A stretch of DNA of 62,921 bases, counting the filler, from Pelomyxa schiedti (Eukaryota; Protista; Evosea), in the NCBI GenBank assembly GCA_020536535.1. It is 4 parts of 4 records of this genome, joined end to end, with 100 filler letters (N's around TTAATTAATTAA, not from the genome) between each part and the next. Parts side by side here need not be neighbours in the genome. Positions count along the whole stretch, not along the records: positions 30,990 to 49,945 come from JAHLWZ010001112.1; 3 more parts are not named here. The stretch is one strand, 5' to 3'. How positions within the stretch are numbered: the stretch's first letter is position 1; every line of letters starts with the position of its first letter. Below the pieces are notes generated by a model. The model ran no database searches and was not told the DNA's origin. It was given only the letters and a program-made list of their open reading frames with translations. The translations under genes were made by a program, and so were the position numbers. Positions 35,801 through 47,200 of this stretch are shown here, piece by piece.

Positions 35801-36480
35801 GCCATCCTCCAAAAGTTCAGGTCCACCACCTCCGCCTGTCGACTTATTGTGCTCTTTGTCATCTTTGTCACTGAATTGTATGCAGTCCTCACCACTACCC
35901 CCTCCTCCTGCCCCCGCAAAGGCCTTCTCGCCATCCTCGTCATCTTCGTCATCCTCGTCAAGGCGTTCAAGCTCAAGCCTCTCAGCACCTACCCATCATG
36001 CTTCAGCGATGCCGTCACAACCTCTACCTTCTCAGGCACCTGCAAAGCCAAAGCTACCGCTATCCAAACTTCCGGATATATTGATGCAGCAGAAGGCAAA
36101 CGGCTCATGGCCAGAATCCTGTTTGGTGTGTTTTCTGTTGGAATTCTCAAGTACTAACCTGACATTCTCAAATGCAGAAATTCTGTGAGGGTCTGGACAT
36201 TACGGCTGTTAAGGCGGCACTTCCAAGTAGTCTCAATGGCAAACCAGACCCAATGACTCTGTGGATAACAATCGTGATTTGTGCCCATATTCAGTCCAAA
36301 TACCAGGACAACAAGGTAAATTGTCCCACGTTCCCAGCTCAACCAAACTAAAAATTATAACAGCTTGAATGGAACCTAATTGTCACCAAAGCCCTCAAGT
36401 GGGTGGAGAAGCAGATTGGTGGTCCAGTCTCTGACATAACAGCCGCTGCCAAAAACTTCCTCCAACAACAGCACCCTTAA
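32810..36480 (+). CDS. VIT plus VWA domain protein (VWA5A-like)
   Basis: VIT: VPLTGVRFEVEILDFCAHVTLHQ, PLEVVYEF, FTVNIGNLPPQKEALISLSY. VWA: ECIFVVDRSGSMEG (DxSxS MIDAS after splicing), LQIFLRSLP, ANLGGT, FLLTDG, RVFTYGIG, LAKAGNG. Stop TAA 36478-36480. Start approximate. Confidence 0.9.
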
Positions 36481-36563
36481 CCGTGCCTCTGTGAATAACA
36501 ACACTAATAAGAAAATTCCCATTGTGCACCCAACAAATTCACATTTTGTTTTGGTTTTTCATT

Positions 36564-38450
36564 ATGGACGAGGCGCTTGTGACAGGGATCGCACGTCAAG
36601 TGTCGACGCACCCCAAGTACGTGCGTGCAGCCAGCGAACACGAGGGGCCGTGGGACGAGGCCAGCGAGGAGGTGGCGGAGGCGGCGGACGGCGCGGCGGC
36701 GGCGGCGGCGGGGCTGGAGGCGTGCCTCGCGTGGCTGCGGAGCGACGCGGAGGGCTTCGTGGAGCGGTACGGGGCGCTCATGGACGCGGCGTCGCTGGAC
36801 GCGGTGGGGCGGCTGGCCGACGGCATGTGCGCGGCCGGGGAGCCCGCCGCGTCCAGGACCGCGAGGGCGCTGAGGTGGCACGTGCAGGTGTGCCGCGCGC
36901 GGGCGGCCGCGAGGACGTCGAGGGCCGCCACGCGGGCAACTGTGGGGACAGCAGTAGCAGTAGCAGAAGCAGAGGGGGGAGCGAGAGTGACGGCGGAGGA
37001 CGTGAATATGAACTGCGACGGTTCAGGGGGCGCGCAGGCAAGTGCTGTCAATGGCCGTGGCCGTGGTCGTGGCCGTGGGAGTGGCCGTGGGAGTGGGAGT
37101 GGGGGTGTGACTGTTTGTGGGAGAATGGAGAAGGATCATACGGCAAGGAACCGTAGGTTCAAGTACATGCACAAACTTGCTGCAGGTATTTAACTGCGCT
37201 TACTGTGAAGGAAAAGGGAGTGTGCGGGGAAAGGATTATGTGATTTGTGTTGCATTTTGACACTTTTTGTTTTCCTTCTTCGTTATTCAAGTAATTTCTT
37301 ATGAAGCACAAAAGACTCCTATTTCGATGAAGACCAGATAAAAATGAGGTACCCTCACTTGTACGAGCAATATATTGGGCAATATCTACCAGAGTCTAAA
37401 AAAGCACCAGTACTTCCCTCCTTTCACTTCTTTTCTTTTTTTTGTTTGCTTCTTACTTTATCTTCGATTAATTTCCCGCAGCAATTTCCACCTGAAATGC
37501 CTCTGTCTGACAGACTACTCAACACATATGACTATGTGGAACTGGAAGAACAAAGAAGAAACCAAGAATCTGCAGATAAAGCCCAGTCGGCGTGCAACAA
37601 CATTCTCAGCCAATCATCCCCAATTTCCTCTCCATTGGCCACTTCTCAAGGACTTTCCTCTACCACAACATCGACATCAACACCCACAGCTGTGTCTGCA
37701 TCCACATCAACACCCACAAGCTCTTCCACTCATACCGAAACTGCATCATGGAGCCTCCAAGAATCCACGTCACTGCAATCATCACCGTCGCAACCGGCAC
37801 CACCAATTTCAACTGGGCTGAGCTTTCGTATTCACCAACCTGGGCATGAACCAGCCGTGCCGGCCTTCAAACCTCTTCAACGCATAATAACACCAGTATC
37901 AACCTCTCCCTTCACAACAGCATCATCATTCACGGGTCCGGCGTCGACCACGGCAACTGTATCTAGTACTGGTGGCCCTAAGCAAGCTCATTCATCTTTT
38001 GGCTCCCAATCTCCAGGTTTGTATGTCTGATATTGGGCTGTTTGGTGCTCTAACTCCTCCTATCTCATTTACATGTTGCGTTGTGCAGCTTTCTCCTTGT
38101 GGGGTGAAATGTCGGGCACCACTGTCACTCGAGTGCCTGCATCGAAAACTGTGTCACCACAGCCAAGTGGAAAAGTTACTCCTGGGTGTGCAAACTCTGG
38201 ATTTGGAGCGATTGGGCAACCTCGTGAGGAGAGAAGGGGTGTTACTGAAAGAGTTTGCAGCTTGACTGTGGAAGAACAGTTTGAGCAAAGGCGCGAACTA
38301 GTGCGCATTGCCCAAGAGAAGTTCCTGAATGGGGAAGATGCTGAAGAATTCGTGGACTACACGATCATTGATTGCGATGAGTCTCTGGATGACATTGATG
38401 TAATCAACCAGGACGCAGAAGAGTTGTATTTTGATACAGACAGTGAGTGA
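36564..38450 (+). CDS. CCDC97: CCDC97 (DUF2052) family protein
   Basis: RNRRFKY..YFDEDQIKMRYPHLYEQYIGQYL..RRELVRIAQEKFLNGED..DYTIID.DESLDD..QDAEELYFD. Confidence 0.85.
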
Positions 38451-38502
38451 ACTTAATTGTCTGAACAGAATGAAGAAATAATTTCAAGCATCATATTTTT
38501 CC

Positions 38503-39092
38503 TCAAACACCAATATCCTCGTCCCACAGTTCAGGGTGTTCCCTAATGAAGGTGGACATTAGGGTTTTGCATTGCTGAGAATTCAGATTGATGAGGTTCA
38601 CGCCCCGTGACCTGAGGTATTCTTCGGGGCCCTGGAAGTTTTCATTTTCACCTAGTAGAAGACGATAAGGAACAATATCTCGAGCAATAATGGCGTGCAC
38701 CTATAACAATTGTAGGGATTTTGTACAAGAGAGCAGCACCACTGCACATGTCACAGCAGCTGAGAGTGGAATAAAGAGTTGCCCTCTGGTAGTCAGCTGA
38801 CTTCAAGCGGCCGGCGTTTTCCAAGCAGTCCTTTTTTCAGTGAGGCAACTTCGAATCATAAACACGGCATACGATTTCGGCGTGCAAAGTGGGGCTGTTG
38901 AGTTGCACCCTCTTGTTGTGGCTGTTAAAAATACGTTGGAACGGAAAGCACCACCGGCGTTGGGACAATGTACCCTCTCCCAACGATTCTGCCGTCAATA
39001 ACAAGCACACTTCCAATGGGAATGCCTCCCTCAGCGAGTCCCTTTTCAGCCTCGACTATAGCTTCCCCCAAGAACCGTGCATGTGTCTCCAT
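38503..39092 (-). CDS. FCY1: Cytosine deaminase (yeast FCY1 type, Zn-dependent)
   Basis: Spliced EAEKGLAEGGIPIGSVLV..GHNRRVQ..TLHAEI..ENAGR..ATLYSTLSCCDMCSGA..GENENF..EEYLRSRG..ELWDEDIGV. Confidence 0.92.
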
Positions 39093-39295
39093 CTCTCCTT
39101 GTTTTGTTTTTCTCTTCTTGTTGTTTTTCCTTCGACATCTCTCACCGATCTACGCAGGCACATTAATTGCGAATTGACAGCTTGACATGTTGACAGCTAC
39201 ATTCTCTGGGAGAGGGAGTGAGGTTACTCTTCTTTCAGGGGCACTGATCACAATTTCTTTTAAAAGAAGAAAAAAGCGGAAATCTTGCGTGCCGA

Positions 39296-39741
39296 ATGAC
39301 GGCGGTACCGGCGGTGAGTCCGAATTAGTTGTTAAGACCGCGTGGAGAGTACATTTTAACTGTTGTTACTGTGTAGAACGAGAAAGATCTGGTGGAGGCG
39401 TTCTACAATTTCGACCGAGACCAAGTAAAAACGCGCAGTGGGGACACCAATCAACTGCGCTAAGGCCTTTTTTTTTTTATGTGCAGGATGGATTTCTCAC
39501 CGCAGACGAATTGAGAGATGTATTACTTGACCAGGGGTTGCACATGTCGGCAACTGAAGTCGAAGAAGTCATCCAAGTTGCAGATATTAACAGTACTTCC
39601 CCCCCCACCACTTAGACCTTTGTATTACAACTAATAAGCCAAAAAATGCAATGCCCGACTAACCCGTTTTCTTTTTCAGAGGACGGTTATATTGATTACA
39701 AGGCTTTTGCCCATCTACTCCTGACCGAGCTAGAGTCATAA
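39296..39741 (+). CDS. Small two-EF-hand calmodulin-like protein (about 77 aa)
   Basis: Spliced MTAVPANEKDLVEAFYNFDRDQDGFLTADELRDVLLDQGLHMSATEVEEVIQVADINEDGYIDYKAFAHLLLTELES resembles the C-lobe of calmodulin. Confidence 0.8.
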
Positions 39742-39894
39742 TGCCCCACCACCATTCCTTGTACTTTTTCCACCATTTCGGCACCAGCATAAAAAAACCA
39801 TCTTACAGGAGAAAATTCCTCAACACCAACGCAAGAAGTTGGAAAAAATAAAAACAAATTACACAAATCAAAAAATCATAAAGGGGAGGCGGAG

Positions 39895-42160
39895 ATGTCG
39901 CTACCGGATAAGCGTGACAAGCACGGGGAGCCCAAAAAGAAGAAAAGAAGAGCGAAGGCAGTTTCCCCGCCAACCCCTAGTGGGTTGATTGTTTTTTTTT
40001 TTAGTTTTCCCCCTCGTGTTCGTTTAGAACACGATATTGTTCGTGAATTTTGGTTTTTTGTGTTGTTATTCTTTACTCCTCCCCTTCATTCTACTTTTGA
40101 GCGGTATTGACCATGCTCAGAAAACAGATGATACAGTGAGTGGATATAACAACAGCAGTAATCCCTTTGGTGATGCCAACTTGAGAGAGAAATTTGTGTG
40201 GAGGCTTAAAATTGACAAGATGAAGAAAGCGGGTGTCGATCCTGCCAAATTATCAAAAAAAAGCCAAAAATCCAAGAGAGAAGAATTGAAGGTAATTCTC
40301 CTAGACTGCATTTCTTCCTTTCTTTTTACTCAATAGCCTCCAGCGTGAACTGGAAAAAGTGAAGAAGCGCCGTGAGGAGCGTGAGCAGGAGAAACTACTT
40401 TGGGAGGAAGAGCGGCAAAGACAATCCCGTGAACAGGATATGAGTGCTTACGCCGATTGGGAAGCAAAAGAAGACCAGTTCCATTTGCAACAGGCACTTG
40501 TTAGGTCAGAAACCAGAATAAGGCAGGGAAGGCCCAAACCAATTGATGCCCTGTACATGAACTTGAGCTTGCATCCTGGTAGTCCATCATTCCTTCATAT
40601 CCTATCTGCTAAGTCCTGAAAGATTTCGAATTTAACATGAATGAACCACACACCATGTTTGAAGGCTTGCCACTGCACGAACTGCGCGACTTGCGGAATG
40701 ATATCATTGTGTTTGTGAGTCTAGATGAACACAAGGATTTTTGGCAAGCTCTCTTGGTCGTGTGTGATGATGAAATAGCAAAGGCCTCAGCTACAGCTAG
40801 TTCTGTTCCCCCGCAGCGGCAAATTTCTGCGGAAACTGCAACAGCGACACCACTCCCACCTGTAAGGAATGATGGAGCTCTTCATAGTGCCATTGCTGAG
40901 GATGTGGAAGCTATCTTTAAGGGGAAGACAAGTGCCCAGTTAGAGGAGATGCAAGCCGAGATCACGAAAAGGACTGAAGGAAGGAACGCTGTTGATGTGG
41001 AATATTGGGAGGCACTGTCTGCTAGGTTGAAAGTCTTTAAAGCAAAAGTTAGTCTCCTTGTCTTAAATACTTAGAAACTACCGAAACACGTAACATTTGT
41101 CAGGCAGTTCTTAGAGAGATACATGCAGGCCTCTTGAAGCGTTATTTGGAACAACTGGAAAATAAGAAAGAAGAACTCAAAAGGACTATGGCTGCTGCTG
41201 CGGAAAGAGATTCCAATGAGCCAGCGTCCACTGATGACCCAGAGGGCAGTGGTAGCCAAGAAGACAATAACGAGGCCCAACAGGCAGGGACGTGGGAAGG
41301 TGCTGGGTCTCTAAGTCCAGAACTAATCAAGGACTCTGAAGACATACCCCCAACAGCCGAGATTGTGGATCCCGAAAAGGATATGGAACAACTGGTATGC
41401 ATTCCACTTTTTCGGGTGTTGCTTACTAAATGTGACCTAGGCAAAACAACGCCAGCAGGTTCTAAAGCAGGAGGCAGAAAAACTTATCTTGCAGTCAAGT
41501 TCCGCTGCTGTTCCTCCACCAACTACTGCTACGACGACCACCACAACAACCACAACCAGTTCTGCTGGCCGGCTCATTACTGATAGGTTACTTACTGAAG
41601 AAGAGATGTTTGCTGAGGAAGCGTCCCGCACAATGGAAGAAAACGAAGAAAATTTCACGGCTACAGTTGATCTATCAAGCCAAGTGTACTGGTGGCATGA
41701 CAAATTCCGGCCACGTAAACCAAGGTTTTTCAACCGCGTTCACACAGGATATGAATGGAACAAGTAAGCATTTTCTTTCCTTGCTGCCAAGTGCTCACTT
41801 GGTACCAGGTATAACCAAAGCCACTACGATCACGACAACCCTCCCCCCAAAATTGTTCAGGGCTACAAATTCAATATCTTCTTCCCTGATCTGATCGACA
41901 AGCGGAAAACACCCGAGTTTTTCAAAGAGCCGGACATAGAGAACAACCCAGACTTTTGTATACTTAGGTGTGAAAAGCACCCCCTTTATATTCGCCCTCA
42001 CCGTTTCAGGATTCACTCCGGCCCTCCCTATGAAGACATTGCCTTCCGAATTGTAAACCGTGAATGGGAGTACTCCCACAAACACGGCTTCAAGTGCGTA
42101 TTTGATCGCGGAATTCTGCACCTGTGGTTCAACTTCAAGAGGTACCGCTACCGCAGATAG
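39895..42160 (+). CDS. CACTIN: Cactin (spliceosome-associated)
   Basis: NPFGDANLREKFVW, EDQFHLQQALVRSETRIRQGRPKPID, YWWHDKFRPRKPRFFNRVHTGYEWNKYNQSHYDHDNPPPKIVQGYKFNIFFPDL, GPPYEDIAFRIVNREWEYSHKHGFKCVFDRGILHLWFNFKRYRYRR-stop. Confidence 0.97.
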
Positions 42161-42277
42161 AAAATGTTATTTGTTTGTGTTGAAGGAAAATAAAAGAAAA
42201 AATTCCAACATAGTTTGTTTGGTATCGACTCCTTTTTTACATTACAACAATACTTGTGGTACTGCGTAGTATTTTGC

Positions 42278-44060
42278 CTAACACCTAAATATCTGCACTA
42301 TCCGCTCGAGTGGTCGCCGACATACTGGGCACACGCCTTGTGTATCCTTAACAGACTGAGCGCAACCGAGGCACAGCCCAAAGTGACCACAAGGTAGAAG
42401 AACAGCATTGACCTGTGGGTGTGAGCGTCATATCAGAGTATGGGTGGGCAAGGTTACCTCTTGTTGGAAGCAGACAATGCATGAACTTTCTACCTTTTGG
42501 GATGTGGGAGGTCCTTGTGGTGCAACCTCCTGAGGTGGAGGCAGTACAGGTGGAATCAGCAGCGACTCGGTTACTTTTGCACCTTTGGTTTCCGGCTTTG
42601 TTGGTTGAGCAGAATGCACCAACACACTCTCCAGTAGAGAATTGATGTCGGCTTTTTTGCCGTTCCCACTCTTCATCATTGCTCCCAAGCACTCCTCGAT
42701 GGTTTGACGGGTGAAACCCATTTGCTCTAACTGTGTTATTTCGTTGCTATGCATGGTGAAGTAGGAATGAACAGGACTACTCCCAGTTGCGGTACCTAAT
42801 AGCAATGAGAAACAGTGTGATGGACAATTACAAACTTGTTGAAGATTCTTCAGTGGGATTCGCTTGATTGCTGGCCTTTGGAAATTTCAGTGATGAAAAT
42901 TACTCCCTCCCCTTGTCAAAGAAGTACCTGTACAGGTTTTTTATCAGCTTTTTGCTTCCTCTCTGGCTGGGTGTCTTCCTGAATGAGTAGGTTCATTCCA
43001 GGTTGGCATTTATTTAATAATGAACAAAGAAAAGTACCTCAGCAGAAGCCTTTAGAATATTTAGCAAAAAAAAAAAAAGGTGAAGGGAAGAATACCGTTG
43101 GCTTTGTCCACTGTGATTGCCTTGTTATGAGATTGGCGTAATACACTACGTTATATCTTGGATCAACCCGAGAAATCCAACCCTTTGGTAAATCCTCACC
43201 GGTTGTATTTTCTGCGGGGAGGGGCTTTTTGGGTTTAGAGAACCTATGTGAGAAAAGTGGAACAGACCTTTTTATTTGGGTGTTCCCATTGAGAAGTTTT
43301 CGATGGTATATGAACATAGTATGCCCGTGAGTATCGTGGATCGAATCTTATTTCCCAGCCCGGCGGAAGTCCCTGTAGAGAGATCAAAAGTGATAAAAGA
43401 AATTCGTTCCTACGTACACCCTCAGTAGTGGAAACTGAAGACTTCGAAAGTGCATAGGGCTGGGGTGTTTGTGTGGACGAGGAAAGTGGGGTGTGTGTAT
43501 GAGTGGATACAAGAGATGGAACTGTAGGTGTCAAGCTCGGTAGAATCAAATTTGAGGCAGTACTGGCCGTTGGTTTCGTGGCCTCTGCCGTCGGTAGAAT
43601 GGGATTGATAAAACTAGTCGGCTGTTCTAAAACCGTTTTAGATGCATCTTGGTGAAGCATTAGTGGGGCAAGTGCCCCAGTGGGGAGTGATACCAGCGCG
43701 TGCAGTCGCGTTCGTCGGTTCAGGAAACAGATCCGACTCCACCTCATCCAAAATTGCTTGCACTGTACTGGTTGAGCCGTTTGGACGCAGCTGCGCATTA
43801 CTGGATACAGGCAAAGCTGAGGCTGTAGCATCCGTAGAAGTCCCGTTTGCATTTTTGGCACTTTCTTCGAGGGCAGCAGTACTGTGGGTCTCAGAACTTG
43901 GTACATTGGCAGCAGAGGTACCCGTAACCAACGTACTACTAGTTCCCGCACCAGAGGAACTAGTGCCCGTGGTAGTCGAAACAGTAGGCAGGGTTGGCAA
44001 CGACGACACTACAGCAATATCCGTCACCGCGTCCTTGCCCTTACTACCCTCCTGGCCCAT
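42278..44060 (-). CDS. Putative N-myristoylated WW-WW-UBA-RING E3 ubiquitin ligase
   Basis: MGQEGS start. WW domains LPPGWEIRFDPRYSRAYYVHIPSKTSQWEHP and LPKGWISRVDPRYNVVYYANLITRQSQWTKP. UBA-like ITQLEQMGFTRQTIEECL. C-terminal RING CIVCFQQE..PCGHFGLCLGCAQ..CPVCRRPLERIVQIF. Confidence 0.8.
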
Positions 44061-44224
44061 CTCTCCACCTCAGAATTAAAAACAAAAATGCCCAAATCAA
44101 TCACAAACACCCATCCCAATATTTCGGCAGGGGTTTTGTGGTGCCACACGAATTTTTTTGTTTGCAATGCATTAGAAAAGAACTAGATAACGTGGATTTT
44201 GATGATACAAATAACAGTATAATT

Positions 44225-47200
44225 TTACATAGAGGATAGGTCGGCTTGTTTTGACAAATGAATGTACACAGGAGCAGAGAATGTGGTTACAAAGGTGAGT
44301 TGAAGATAATCTTCGTTGAAATGGTGTAACTGTACACCAACACTTCCAAGAACTTTTTGAGCAAAAACGAGATACCTGTGCATGAAGAGGTATTAGAATA
44401 CAAACAAGCAGAGAGCTACAATTTACATTGCAAGGAGGGACATACGCTGGGTCTCTCAAGAGGTGCGCCCAAGAGACATTTGGGGCTTTGTAAGGAATTT
44501 GTAGCGGAGGTCTTGTTAAAGAATCTGTGAGAGTTTAGAGGAGCTTAGCTACGTCATAATTTACAAAGTTACCTCCAACGACTGCAAGAGAAAAAGGAAC
44601 AGAACCACATATCAATAAAATTTCACTAAGCCAATGAGTTATTGGTGGTTGCTTGTGAGTATCCTGGAAAACTGCTGTCTCAACTCGCAGCGCTTCCATC
44701 AGTCTCTTCTCGATTACTTTTCAAAGAGTCATCGTTTTGTAGCACATAAATTACAATTATTCATAATAACTGGTTGAACAAGATACAATTAAGAGGGACA
44801 ACAACGCCATTTTCGTCTTTGACATCCCACTGTAACTGTTGATTGTAACGTAAGGCTTGCTGAAATTGAATCATTCTATGTTTATTGATCATTTGCATTA
44901 GAGAACCAATACGAGAAATATTGAAATACCTGAATTTCGAGTCTTCAGCAAGTAATTCTACATCAACAAACTCTTTTATAAATGCTAACTTGGCGGGCAG
45001 TGATGCTACATTCGCTTGTATTAAGACCCAGGTGAGAATGGACACAGTATCATCCATACCACTACGTGCGATTAATTGATTTTGTCAAGTTGAAGTACCC
45101 ATACAGGTCAATGTGTGGAGGTGATTTGGGTTGCGTTCTATTATAAAACTGGTTTATATCGTTCGTAATGGCCGCAGCAATTCCGTTAATGCATTCCAAT
45201 ATACGTTGTATGGAATTACACTTCAACAAAGCACCGGTTTGTGCAACGGCACTGTGATAAGGAAGTTCTGGGTACATTTAATGATAAGCATAAGGGAAAC
45301 TGGAAGGACAGGAAGAATGCAGAACCAAAGTTTGACCCTCATCGAAAGGGGAGATGTACCTTGGGAATTGGGTCGAAGTGGTACTAAAACAGAGGTACGA
45401 CGAAGCAGTGATCCAAGATGAGAATTCTTTTGAAGACCCACCTTTGGATCAGTTTTGTCGGGTGGAGCAGGGGAGGTAGAATGAGGAACTATATTTTGTG
45501 GTGTTCCATTGACAAGCCTTCGTTTCGATTTTGGGCACCACTTAGGAAGTCCAACTTCACGCACATACTTGGAAATGCCCAAGGGATCCTCCTGCGTGCT
45601 TTGTGTAGGTTCGGTAATCTCCAGAATATCTTCCAGAGACCGCTCCAACTGAGGTGTAGATGGACTGATACTGATGGCTGGAATCATTTGAGGGGAAGAG
45701 CGCTCCCCACTGGAACGTAACGCAGGGAGCAGAGCTTCACTGGACAAACTGGGGGATAGGGAAGCAGCCAAGTTACCTCGTTTGGGTGGAGATTGTGCAA
45801 GTGGTGGTGATTCTTGTCGTGCATTAGTATTTCCTTTACTATCAGAGCCAGTGACTGCTTCTGTTCCTTCCTGTGAAAAAAAGCCTCACATTATGTTTTT
45901 CCTTGCTGAAAAGGTACCATAAGCCACAGCTTTTTATGTACTCCAAGTTCCTTCAATGTTTTCAGTCTCAAAGAATTCAGGTTGGCTGACAAGTTTTCGC
46001 TAAGATCCTTGAACTATTGCTGTGAGAAAGAACTTGAATGGAATGAGGAAGCTACAGTTCTCCTATACAGGGACCAGAGTTCGTTGTGTACGTTTCCAAT
46101 AATGATTGTTGTTGCAAAGTACGACCATTCCTGCCTTGTATGCTTGGATTGTTTTCCGTACATACTTTCGGTAAATGTCACAATCTGTTCTGGAGGGGGT
46201 TTTCAGAATAAGTTTGTACGTTGTCAGCTACCAGCAAAAGCGTGAATATCATCAACTGCATCCGCTAGAAGTCTGGCTTCTGGTTTTCGTGGAGATCCAG
46301 CTAACTGATACATGACCTTGAATATATGATTGAAAGTAAAAATACAACGACCAAGCTCATTTGTCATGTCACTAGTAATGTTGTTAGGATGAAAGTAAGG
46401 AAGGTGTGACAACTTCAGAAGAATACAAAAGATTCGGGTATTTAGTTGTTTTTCAGAAAATTTACTGTTGAGCTGTTCGATCAATTTGGAAGGCTACAGC
46501 CATGTTAATTTGTGGCACACTACCAACATTGGGTGTTGTACTTTGAGTATTTCTTCAGGCGGGTTATTTGAAATGGCCCAGTTTTTTTCTTCAGGAATTA
46601 CAGGTAGTAAAAATCGCCACTTAGGGGCGTATGACGGAGCATGTACATGGGTATTGATATCAAGTTCACACAATTCTTCAAGCTTCTTAGTTTTCATGTG
46701 GCTTTTTGATATGTTGAGGTCTTGTTACACTTGTGCAGTAGTTACTTTAGTTTAGAGGTATGTCCTTTTTCTAAGGTAGCATTCGAGACTTGCATGCCAT
46801 CAAATGAAGGCCCGGTCAGTGAGTCACCATTAGGGAAATAAAACGCTGTAAGTTGTTCTTAGGGGTCAAGCAATGAGAATAGCATACTTCCTTGTCCTTT
46901 GGCCTTTCCATGAGCAAATATACCCACATAAGTTGAACCATCAGGGTAAATCTGAACGCCAAAACCGGATTTCTGTTGGAAAGTGGTGAATCGGGGGTAT
47001 GCCAAGAGGTGCAATACTTCGTCATCTTTCCAATGCCCATAGTATTGTCCTTCAGTGGGAGAACATTCGACACCAAATCCGGTTCTCTTTCAACTGTGAG
47101 ATGAGGAGGGTAAACCTCAATAGATTCACCTTATCATTCAACCATCTACCAGCAAATAAGATAGTTTCTTGTTGTCCTTGTCGTACATGTAGCTCTCCCT

